Under the pieces are notes generated by a model, which had not been told where the DNA came from, searched no databases, and saw only the letters and a list, made by a program, of their open reading frames with translations. Made by a program: the position numbers and the translations under genes. Positions 10,077-18,033 of a stretch of 40,000 nt of DNA are shown piece after piece. Numbering within the stretch: position 1 is the stretch's first letter; each line of letters begins with the position of its first letter. This DNA is from Bacillus phage vB_BpuM-BpSp: the sequence record KT895374.1; one strand, 5' to 3'.

Positions 10077-10679
10077 GTGAATTTTAATTTTGATGAATTA
10101 GATACAGAGGAAATAATTGAAATTCTATTAAAAAATAAAATAGATGAAAAAACATTGGATGAATATTCTGAATGTTTTACTGAAGATTCATGGTTTGCAA
10201 TAAGCATAAGACAAAAAATTTCTAATGATTTTATCAAAAAATATTTAGATAAAATTGATTTGAATAATATTTTTATGTATAACCCATATGTAAAATTAGA
10301 TAAAGAGCTTATTGAAAAAAATATTAAAAGTTTCGAAAGATTTGGAGTCTTAGTTAAAATACCTTTTGAAGAATCTGCACCTTTATTGTATCCTAACTCA
10401 AAAGATCCCCTAAGAGCGTTAATTATAGATAATTTTAGTGATATAGTTAATAATAAGTCTATCTATAGAAAACTAATAGAATGTAAGAATTGTTATAATA
10501 TTATATTAAGTATGGTACAGATTGTCCCATTTAAAAAAAGATTTATCAAAGATATGTATCTTGATAATTATATCTATAACAAATATTCAGAATTATTAAA
10601 TAAGTATCCTGAATCGCTATTACTAAATAAACACCTACCAGAAAAAGAAAGAACAATTATAAAATTAAAAATACTTTAA
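10077..10679 (+). CDS. Tandem paralogue family member 7 (hypothetical)
   Basis: KIDEKTLDEYSECFTEDSWFAISIRQKISNDFIKKYLDKIDLNNI and C-terminus HLPEKERTIIKLKIL. Confidence 0.75.
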   Translation: MNFNFDELDTEEIIEILLKNKIDEKTLDEYSECFTEDSWFAISIRQKISNDFIKKYLDKIDLNNIFMYNPYVKLDKELIEKNIKSFERFGVLVKIPFEESAPLLYPNSKDPLRALIIDNFSDIVNNKSIYRKLIECKNCYNIILSMVQIVPFKKRFIKDMYLDNYIYNKYSELLNKYPESLLLNKHLPEKERTIIKLKIL

Positions 10680-10685
10680 GGAGGA

Positions 10686-11387
10686 TTGATTGGAATGAAA
10701 GAAGGTAATGAACTTTTAGAGTTAGGAATAAAATATTTTAATGAATCACTGTCTGAAGGAGAAAGAACGCTAAAAAGGGAAACTTTAAAAAGAGTAAGTA
10801 GAGTTGGAGCAATTTACGGTTATGGAAAAGAAAATTATGACTTTATAGAAAATAAACTATTGGAAAAAATTGAAAATCTTCAAAAAAATATTCATGAATT
10901 ATTTAAAACATTTTCAATTGATGAAGATATCATTAAAAAGAATAGTGAATATATTGACTTAGCAACATGGAGAAACATACTACATAATAAAAAGTATTCT
11001 AATGAATTAATTACTGAATATAAGGAGAAATTTCATATTAATGGTATCTTAAAATCTAATAGAGGTTTTAGATTAAGGGATATCGCACTCTTATATGAAT
11101 ATAGCTATATCGGATTGATAAATGCTCATCTAGATAATATAATTGGAGATTATGTATTAAATGAAGAAGAAATTGAAGATGTTATACAGTTGAGTAATTT
11201 AGCCAGTAATGGTTATCAATACTATGCTTCTAGATGTGAATTCATTAATACTCAAAGAATAACGAAAAAAATATACCTTAACAATCTACATTTCTTTCAT
11301 CTATTACCAGATTTTATGGAAGAGTTAGAAAATAATAAATTTATATCAGATGAATTGAGGACTATCATAAAATTGAAAAATATTTAA
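10686..11387 (+). CDS. Tandem paralogue family member 8 (hypothetical)
   Basis: FSIDEDIIKKNSEYIDLATWRNILHNKKYSNELITEYKEKF and FMEELENNKFISDELRTIIKLKNI. Confidence 0.8.
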   Translation: MIGMKEGNELLELGIKYFNESLSEGERTLKRETLKRVSRVGAIYGYGKENYDFIENKLLEKIENLQKNIHELFKTFSIDEDIIKKNSEYIDLATWRNILHNKKYSNELITEYKEKFHINGILKSNRGFRLRDIALLYEYSYIGLINAHLDNIIGDYVLNEEEIEDVIQLSNLASNGYQYYASRCEFINTQRITKKIYLNNLHFFHLLPDFMEELENNKFISDELRTIIKLKNI

Positions 11388-11398
11388 AGGAGTTAGCA

Positions 11399-12088
11399 AT
11401 GTCAAAATATAAAGGTAGTATAATCTTAGAAGAACGCATAAATGATTTTGAATTTTCTTTATCATCTGTAGGAAAGGTTTTAGAAGATTGTACAAAGGAT
11501 GATTTGCATAAGATATATAATATTAATGGAGATAACGGTAATGAAATTATAAGAAGTCTGATTATTGAAAAACTTGAAGATCTTCATAATTATATCCATC
11601 GTATATTTAAAAATTATGAAATTGATGAAGAAGTTATTATTCAGAATGACTCTTATATTGGTTTAGAAACTTGGGATTTTATATTGCAGGAAAAATTCTA
11701 TACAAATGATTTAATTTTAAAATATAAAGAAAAATTTCAGATTTATAATGTTATAAGTTCGAATAGGTTTAAATTAAGAGAAATATCAAATTTATATAAT
11801 CAACATTATACTATCATTATAAATAAATATTTAGATACTATAATTGCAAATTATAATTTGGATGAAAAAGAAATAGATGATGTGATTCAATTAAGTACCT
11901 TAAAATATGATTGTTATGCTAGTTTTGGTAAAAGATGTAAATTTATTAAAAATCAGAGAATTACAAAAGAAGTGTATCTTAATAATTTAGAATTTTTCCA
12001 TCAGATGCCAGCCTTTATAGAGGAATTAAAAAATAATGAATTAATTTCAGATGAGTTAAGAACTATTATAAAATTGAGAGAAATTTAG
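11399..12088 (+). CDS. Tandem paralogue family member 9 (hypothetical)
   Basis: YEIDEEVIIQNDSYIGLETWDFILQEKFYTNDLILKYKEKF and FIEELKNNELISDELRTIIKLREI; closest to members 8 and 10. Confidence 0.8.
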   Translation: MSKYKGSIILEERINDFEFSLSSVGKVLEDCTKDDLHKIYNINGDNGNEIIRSLIIEKLEDLHNYIHRIFKNYEIDEEVIIQNDSYIGLETWDFILQEKFYTNDLILKYKEKFQIYNVISSNRFKLREISNLYNQHYTIIINKYLDTIIANYNLDEKEIDDVIQLSTLKYDCYASFGKRCKFIKNQRITKEVYLNNLEFFHQMPAFIEELKNNELISDELRTIIKLREI

Positions 12089-12100
12089 GGAGTTGGAAAA

Positions 12101-12829
12101 ATGTTAGAAAATGAAATGAGAGGTAGTGGGTTATTAGAATATGAGATAGATGTTTTCAATAGGTCATTATCTGAAGCGGAAAAAGAATTTAAGGATGAAG
12201 TCTTAAATGAAAAAAGGGGGAAAAGTGATATCCTTAAAAAAAAGATCTTAAGAGAGAAACTTAAGAATCTTCGTGATAATATACACAGGTTATTTAGATC
12301 TTATAGAATAGATGAGGACACCATTAGGAAAAATAATAAATATATTGGACGATTAACTTGGGATTATATACTTGGTAATAATTTTTATTCCAATGAATTA
12401 ATTGCTGATTTTATAACAAAATTTTATCCTCGTTATGTTTTAGCATCTAAAAGATTTGGATTGAAAGAAACTTATAATTTATATAGTTCTTCTGATGAAG
12501 GAAAGAAACTTATAATTCCAATAAAGATGAGTGATGATTCTCTTTATATTAATTTTATAAATATGCATTTAGAGATTATAATTAACCACTGTGAATTAAA
12601 TGAAGAAGAAATTGAAGATGTTATAAAGCTAAGTAAAAAATTAAGTCATGGTAATTTTATATATCTTGATCTTAAATGTAGGTTTATTAGTAGCCAAAAA
12701 ATAACTAAAGAAATTTATTTTAATAACTTAAGCTTTTTTCATATTTCACCCAAGTTTATAGAAAGCTTAAAAAATAATAAATTAATTTCAGATGAGTTGA
12801 GAACCATTATAAAATTGAAGGAAGTTTAG
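12101..12829 (+). CDS. Tandem paralogue family member 10 (hypothetical)
   Basis: YRIDEDTIRKNNKYIGRLTWDYILGNNFYSNELIADFITKF and FIESLKNNKLISDELRTIIKLKEV. Confidence 0.8.
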   Translation: MLENEMRGSGLLEYEIDVFNRSLSEAEKEFKDEVLNEKRGKSDILKKKILREKLKNLRDNIHRLFRSYRIDEDTIRKNNKYIGRLTWDYILGNNFYSNELIADFITKFYPRYVLASKRFGLKETYNLYSSSDEGKKLIIPIKMSDDSLYINFINMHLEIIINHCELNEEEIEDVIKLSKKLSHGNFIYLDLKCRFISSQKITKEIYFNNLSFFHISPKFIESLKNNKLISDELRTIIKLKEV

Positions 12830-12839
12830 GAGGAACATC

Positions 12840-13172
12840 ATGCTATTAGATATTAACATAGGTCTTTTAGGAGAAAATGGATTTATCATAGAAAGGCTTT
12901 ACGCTAAAAAATCATCTAGGACTATTATGAAAATTATGAGACCTAATAAAGAAAAGATTTGTATAAATGAGGATAAAGAAAAACTTTATATAAAGTCAAT
13001 AATTTATAGTAATCTTTATGGTTTTAGAACAGAAGTGTTTAATGAATCTGGTAAATGTGTATATATTGAAGAATTAGAAAATGAATCTTTATATCATTTT
13101 TTAACAAGATTAGGATTTTTAAAAGATACTCCATTGGAAAATTACTTTGGTACAATAAAAGAAAAAATTTAA
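12840..13172 (+). CDS. Hypothetical protein
   Basis: 110-aa ORF preceded by aggaggaac in the same operon. Confidence 0.65.
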   Translation: MLLDINIGLLGENGFIIERLYAKKSSRTIMKIMRPNKEKICINEDKEKLYIKSIIYSNLYGFRTEVFNESGKCVYIEELENESLYHFLTRLGFLKDTPLENYFGTIKEKI

Positions 13173-13198
13173 TATACTAAAGGAAGAAGGAAATTATT

Positions 13199-13408
13199 AT
13201 GACTTCTAAAAAAACTACAGCTCAGTTTAGACAGGAAGTATTCAATCTTGTTGGAAGTGAGTATAAAGTATTGTATGAATATAGACTCAGTAATGTTAGA
13301 ATTCGTTTTAGACATATGGTTTGTAAAAGAGATTTCTCCCGAACTCCCAGTGAATTTTTATCAAAAACAAGGAATCTAAAATGTCCTTATTGTAAAAATA
13401 ATAAATAG
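13199..13408 (+). CDS. Small Cys-rich (zinc-ribbon/treble-clef-like) protein
   Basis: RFRHMVCKRDFSRTPSEFLSKTRNLKCPYCKNNK: Cys/His layout like H-x-x-C...F...P..FL...CP.C zinc-binding modules of phage/HNH-associated proteins. Confidence 0.55.
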   Translation: MTSKKTTAQFRQEVFNLVGSEYKVLYEYRLSNVRIRFRHMVCKRDFSRTPSEFLSKTRNLKCPYCKNNK

Positions 13409-13439
13409 AGAGAAGATTATACGTCTTCTCTCTATTTAT
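13401..13439. terminator. Bidirectional hairpin terminator between convergent genes
   Basis: ataaatagagagaaga-ttatacg-tcttctctctatttat, 16-bp perfect stem between stops at 13408 (+) and 13440 (-). Confidence 0.85.
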
Positions 13440-14350
13440 TTAGCTTTTATATATCTTTTCAATCTCTCTTTTTAGATGAATTAAAGCCTTATTAAGATAT
13501 AATGCCCCATAGATATCTAGTGTCATCCGAGATACAATACTTAATGGACTAATTATAGCTTCTACAATTTCATCAGGATCATTTTCAGAGAATGGTTCTT
13601 CACCCTTCTGAATTACATCAGATACAATTGTTTTAAGGGCAGTATAGAATGTTATTTTATCTCCTACACCTAACTCATCATCATACTTAATGTAGATTTC
13701 AATTAATAAACCGTCTACTTCAGTACCTTTAATTTTTAATCCAGATTGTTTATTAACTGGTGGAGTGTTTACTGCAGTTATATCTCCTCCATTATCCTTA
13801 ATAGATTTAATCTTAGCTTTACCTCGATTAATATAATCTTTTAATACCTTTTGTACTGAAGGAGAAAATTCTTCAACATCTTTATTGTAATACATAACTA
13901 CATCAACAATTTCACCAGTATATTTTGAACTAACCTTATTTTTAGAGAGTTCAGAAATTGATTGATTAAAATCTTGACCTAATTTATCCAGAAGTTGGTT
14001 TAAAGAACTATCCTCAAAAGAGTTTTCAAAGATAATTAATGGATCACCAGTTTTAACTGTATCACCCTTTTTGACAAGGAAATCGATATTAGCATTTACC
14101 CCAAGAGTAACTTTCTTTTCCATAGTTATTTTAGTTGATAAATCAGAACTTAAATTATCGGTAATAATACTACTATCTTCATAAGTATAATCTGCACTGC
14201 TTATTGCCACTTTGCATAACTTACCAGTAGTGTATGTGATATTTTCCTTTTCATCACCTAAGAAATAACTTGGATTTTTAGCTAAGATATCATTTTTCTT
14301 AAACTTTTCACCGACTTTTACAATTAGTTCTTTTCTATTTGCTAAGAAGA
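13440..14350 (-). CDS. RNA polymerase beta-like, exon 6 (C-terminal portion)
   Basis: (F)FLANRKELIVKVGEKFKKNDILAKNPSYFLGDEKENITYTTGKLCKVAISSADYTYEDSSIITDNL matches RpoB ...GDilA.G......GkN..VA.m...GYnYEDai.is..l; later VGDKITF and SPLSIVSRM match K-GDK and PLGVPSRM. The tracked GTG start at 14210 is internal. Confidence 0.9.
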
Positions 14351-14515
14351 CATTATATTCATATAGACACGCTACTATCTATATCGTTCATTTTCTATGA
14401 ACCGCTTATGGTTTCCCATAAGATTAGACTATATCTTTACCCATTGGGTATTCCCTGTTTCGGTTATCAATAGCTTATAACCTACTCTACTAAATTAAAA
14501 TATGGAGGAATTTTA

Positions 14516-15436
14516 ATGATTAAAGTAAAAGAGAATTACACTACAGAGAAATTTAATGATCTGGAATCCTTTAAAAAGTTTATTGAACTTAATAAAGTAG
14601 ATATAACTCTTCATGAAGTCGATTTTTATCACTTCACTATGAATGGTCTTGAAGCTTATGACATCTATATTCCAGACTTTTTAATTTATGAGAAATTCAA
14701 TATCCCTCGCAGTAATTATAAAATTAATGGTCTTATTAATTCTAACTATTATCTACTTTATCATGAGATTAAAAATATTGATGAATTTTCTAAAACTGAT
14801 AATGAAAGAAACTTTACTAACTTCTTAGAAAATAATTCACTCTATTACTATCAGATTTTATTTATCAATTATTCTATTAAAGAGTTAATTAAGAAATTAA
14901 TCAAAGATAATATCATGTATAGTAAAGGGTGGAATGAATTTCAAAAGTATAATGAAGTTCTAGTCAGCCAATTAGATAGTTATATTAAGAAAGATATCAT
15001 TGAGCATAAACATAAGGACATTCTTTATAGGGTAAGATTTTCAAACCATCTAAAGTTTGATAGACTGTTAGCTCGTGGTATTCCTTATACTCAAATATCA
15101 GAAATTCTTAAAGTTATCTATCTAGAAGAAAATCATTTTATTTTTAAAGAAGGTAAAACTTTTGCCATTAGGGTGTCACATGATAGACCAGAAAGAAAAA
15201 CAGAAATGTTTAACCCTATCATTATTTTAACAGTAGTTGGTAATAAAGATAATAAAGAAATATCCTTTATTATTAAAACCATTTTAGATAAAAAAGATGA
15301 TAGAGAAATTTACTTGAATGAAGTAGATGATGCTCTGTTCTCATATCTTGATCATAAAAGAGATAAATTTAAAACCATTAAATATAAAAGTAATCCTGAT
15401 GTATTTAATCGTTTATTTCCAAACATTGTTTTTTAA
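14516..15436 (+). CDS. Hypothetical protein encoded antisense inside group I intron 5
   Basis: 306-aa ORF with RBS ggagga 8-13 nt upstream of ATG; stop lies only a few nt from the P7-forming element; no LAGLIDADG, GIY-YIG or HNH motif seen. Confidence 0.7.
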   Translation: MIKVKENYTTEKFNDLESFKKFIELNKVDITLHEVDFYHFTMNGLEAYDIYIPDFLIYEKFNIPRSNYKINGLINSNYYLLYHEIKNIDEFSKTDNERNFTNFLENNSLYYYQILFINYSIKELIKKLIKDNIMYSKGWNEFQKYNEVLVSQLDSYIKKDIIEHKHKDILYRVRFSNHLKFDRLLARGIPYTQISEILKVIYLEENHFIFKEGKTFAIRVSHDRPERKTEMFNPIIILTVVGNKDNKEISFIIKTILDKKDDREIYLNEVDDALFSYLDHKRDKFKTIKYKSNPDVFNRLFPNIVF

Positions 15437-15494
15437 TCGTTCGATAGTCGTTGAACGTTAATAAATATATTATATAAATAAGGGAGAGATTCAA

Positions 15495-15833
15495 ATGACA
15501 GATTACAGAAAATTAGAGAAATACCATAACCTAGTAAATAATATTAAAAAAGCACCTTCAATTATTAGACAACCAATTAGAGAGAAATGTAAAGAACAAG
15601 TTACTTCTTTCTTGTTAGATAAACTGGTATCCATAGAAGATATTCCACAAGAAAAAAATGGCAGTGCTTTTGTATTTGATATTGATGGTACTCATGCTTG
15701 CATTACTTTAACTCTAGATTCTGTTAGTTTTGAACAATTAGTTCCTGAAAAAACTTTAACAGAGTATGAAGATGATATCGAACTTATTGATATGATCTTT
15801 AACTTATTTACATTCTCTGAATTTGTGAATTAG
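15495..15833 (+). CDS. Hypothetical protein encoded antisense inside group I intron 5 (P6-like loop)
   Basis: 112-aa ORF preceded by agggagag, followed by a hairpin/T-run at about 15838-15879. Confidence 0.7.
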   Translation: MTDYRKLEKYHNLVNNIKKAPSIIRQPIREKCKEQVTSFLLDKLVSIEDIPQEKNGSAFVFDIDGTHACITLTLDSVSFEQLVPEKTLTEYEDDIELIDMIFNLFTFSEFVN

Positions 15834-15837
15834 TTAA

Positions 15838-15879
15838 AAGGTGTGGAGGGTTTATCTCTCTGCACTTATTTTTTTTTTT
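15838..15879 (+). terminator. Terminator of the antisense intronic ORF
   Basis: ggtgtggaggg-tttat-ctctctgcac stem with G.U pairs followed by a T-run (~11 T). Confidence 0.65.
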
Positions 15880-15975
15880 ATATATTTATTCTTCGCTTCT
15901 GATTGTCCAATTCTTAATAAATAAGATTCTAAGGAGTTTCCAGAAATTAAAGGAATTTAATGTGAGCTTTTCTTA

Positions 15976-16195
15976 ACCCACCGTTACTATTTTTTGCTAG
16001 TGTTTCAGATAGATCTATTACGTCCTTTTTACCATTTTCATATGCAACTACCGCAATTTCTTCCTTCTCATCAATCTTTTCTAATATACCATTATCTTTT
16101 GCTCTAAATACAAAATCATCACTTAGAATATATGGTATAGTTTTTTCTACACCACTACCAAATAATGGTTTAGATTGAACTTTGGTAGGAATTAT
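15976..16195 (-). CDS. RNA polymerase beta-like, exon 5 (220 nt)
   Basis: Encodes IIPTKVQSKPLFGSGVEKTIPYILSDDFVFRAKDNGILEKIDEKEEIAVVAYENGKKDVIDLSETLAKNSNGG; RpoB-like PLVGTGME...A..G region. The tracked ORF ATG at 16198 uses the last intron G. Confidence 0.87.
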
Positions 16196-16492
16196 CATTA
16201 TCTTCTATCAGATACGCTACTATCTAATACGTTCTCTTATGAACTGCTCATAGTTTCCTATGAGATGAGACTATATCACTATCCTATATAAATAGGATAA
16301 CTCCCATTTCCACTGTCAATCGCTTACAGTGTACTCTACTAACTTATTAATAATAAGCTTTCGATAGTCGTTGAACCTTCCTCTTTAAAGAGGCTTGGAT
16401 GCTGATTTTCCAATTCTATTTAATAGAATCTAAGGAATTTCCAGCAGTTAAGGAGTTTTGCATATAATATTACTATTATATGGCACGTACCC
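16196..16492 (-). ncRNA. Group I intron 4 (297 nt)
   Basis: P1 GCAT^...GTGC with U.G; conserved core GTTCAACGACTATCG and GATATAGTCTC; 3' end GAAGATAATG^. The 5' site was set by reading-frame phase plus P1 pairing. Confidence 0.82.
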
Positions 16493-16525
16493 ATGCTTCT
16501 GTTGCGTTGACTGCATGCCAATTCT
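16493..16525 (-). CDS. RNA polymerase beta-like, exon 4 (33-nt microexon)
   Basis: Encodes RIGMQSTQQKH; joins HADPP|RIGMQSTQQKH|IIPTKVQ, both junctions phase 0. Confidence 0.8.
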
Positions 16526-16822
16526 CATTAATATTCTAATAGATTCGCTAAATCTATCACGTTCTCTTATGAACTGCTTATGGTTATCCCATAAGATTAG
16601 ACTATATCAAGATCCTATAAAGGATCCTTCCCATTTCCACTGTCAATCGCTTACAGTGTACTCTACTAACTTATTAATAATAAGCTTTCGATAGTCGTTG
16701 AACTTTTCCTCTTAAAAGGAATTAGCTTCTGATTGTCTAAACTCTAATAATTAGAGTATAAAGATTTCCCAGAAATTAAGGAAGTTTCGACATACTATTA
16801 CTAGTATGAAGCCCAGTTATTT
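16526..16822 (-). ncRNA. Group I intron 3 (297 nt)
   Basis: Same conserved core (AATTTCTGGGAAA, GACAATCAGAAGC, GTTCAACGACTATCG, GATATAGTCTAATC); 3' end ATATTAATG^. Confidence 0.85.
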
Positions 16823-16973
16823 AGGTGGATCGGCATGTCTTACGGTAAAGGAACTTAATAGCTCTGCAGGTCCATAGATATTTGTTGAATCATTTTTTGT
16901 TTCGCTATTGGTATCTAAGAATCCTCTAGTATTAATAACACTTGGATCATAACTTAATTGTCGGACAACACCA
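16823..16973 (-). CDS. RNA polymerase beta-like, exon 3 (151 nt)
   Basis: Encodes (V)GVVRQLSYDPSVINTRGFLDTNSETKNDSTNIYGPAELLSSFTVRHADPP. Confidence 0.87.
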
Positions 16974-17270
16974 CATTATTGTTCATATAGATACGCTACT
17001 ACCTATACCGTCCAAAGGACTGCTTTAGATTTCTCTAAAGATCAGACTATATCAAAATCCTATAATTAGGATTCCTCCCATTTCCACTGTCAATCGCTTA
17101 CAGTGTACTCTACTAACTTATTAATAAGCTTTCGATAGTCGTTGAACTTTTCCTCTTAAAAGGAATTAGCTTCTGATTGTCTAAATTATATTTATTTTAT
17201 AATTATAAAGACTTCCCAGAAATTAGAGAGGTTTAGACATACTATTACTAGTATGAATGGCTATCAGTTA
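16974..17270 (-). ncRNA. Group I intron 2 (297 nt)
   Basis: AAGGT^TAACTGATAGCC P1; P4-like TCTG/CAGA; GTTCAACGACTATCG and GATATAGTC (P7 strands GACTAT/ATAGTC); 3' end GAACAATAATG^. Confidence 0.87.
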
Positions 17271-17411
17271 ACCTTGTCCGAATCTGGGGTACTAACAGAG
17301 AAAGTACCTACCATTGTTTTATCAAATGCACGAATTTCTTTTGTATAACTCATATCCTCATTCTGTCCTGAAAGACCTTTATAGGTAGATGCGCCAGTTT
17401 TTTCAATCTCA
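17271..17411 (-). CDS. RNA polymerase beta-like, exon 2 (141 nt)
   Basis: Encodes (L)EIEKTGASTYKGLSGQNEDMSYTKEIRAFDKTMVGTFSVSTPDSDK(V), RpoB-like core region (T-P-D/E-S-x-x-V-G). Confidence 0.85.
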
Positions 17412-17672
17412 CATTATCTTCTATTAGATACGCTACTATCTAATACGTCCTTAAAAGAACTGCTTTAGATTTCTCTAAAGTTGAGACTATATCATTATCC
17501 TATAAGGATACTTCCCGTTTCCCTTATCAATAGCTTATAAGGTACTCTACTCACTCTATTTATTAATAGGCTTTCGATAGTCGTTGAACGTTAACTGTAT
17601 TGAAAATAATAATCAGATATATATTATAATTATGAAGTACAAAGAATTTTATAGTAATGGAGGTATGCAACA

Positions 17673-17993
17673 ATGAGTGAAAAAGAAAAAATGTCCCTCG
17701 TTATTGATTATATCCTTAGTGAAAAAATGAAATCCGCTAAAGACGATCCTAAAAATGATGTCGTATACGATATAGCACTTAAATTCTTTAGACAAAGATT
17801 AAATGATGGATCTATGTCTACTATTAGAACTATAAAAGACTTTGCGACTTATGGAAATGATTTTTATCTTCTAGACAAGCAAGATAAATCTGATTATAAA
17901 GATCATCTAAGCATTTGTAATAAGATAATTTATTTAGCTAGAGAAATTAATAGTTACTATATCAATAAATTACCTAATGCTAGAGTTATCTGA
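17673..17993 (+). CDS. Hypothetical protein encoded antisense inside group I intron 1 (P6-like loop)
   Basis: 106-aa ORF preceded by ggaggt, followed by a terminator at 18004-18033. Confidence 0.7.
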   Translation: MSEKEKMSLVIDYILSEKMKSAKDDPKNDVVYDIALKFFRQRLNDGSMSTIRTIKDFATYGNDFYLLDKQDKSDYKDHLSICNKIIYLAREINSYYINKLPNARVI

Positions 17994-18003
17994 TTAAAAA
18001 GAG

Positions 18004-18033
18004 AATACCTTTCTATGAAGGGTATTTTTTTTT
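18004..18033 (+). terminator. Terminator of the antisense intronic ORF
   Basis: aatacctttctatgaagggtatt hairpin followed by a T-run. Confidence 0.75.

Larger units (their letters stand above)
14351..15975 (-). ncRNA. Group I intron 5 (1625 nt) carrying two antisense ORFs
   Basis: GTGGGT^TAAGAAAAGCTCAC forms a 6-bp P1; core AATTTCTGGAAA, GACAATCAGAAGC, GTTCAACGACTATCG, AAAGATATAGTCTAATC; 3' end GAATATAATG^. AATAAATATAT/ATATATTTATT close the loop holding ORF 15495-15833. Confidence 0.83.

Noticed and set aside
7808-10237. Minus-strand ORFs 7808-8020 and 10016-10237
   Set aside because: They overlap the + strand paralogue operon at gene junctions with no independent support.
14516-15436. Calling the 306-aa intronic ORF a homing endonuclease
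   Set aside because: No LAGLIDADG, GIY-YIG or HNH motif is visible and the ORF is antisense; left as hypothetical.
16458-16694. + strand ORF of 78 aa
   Set aside because: It spans parts of introns 3 and 4 and exon 4 on the opposite strand; no RBS and no coherent protein.
16200-17600. Regularly spaced repeats (cgatagtcgttgaac..., gatacgctact...) that could suggest a CRISPR or tandem-repeat array
   Set aside because: The repeats are long, imperfect and appear in fixed order as parts of a folded core (P4, P7 and 3'-end elements), flanking coding segments that join in frame; they are group I introns.
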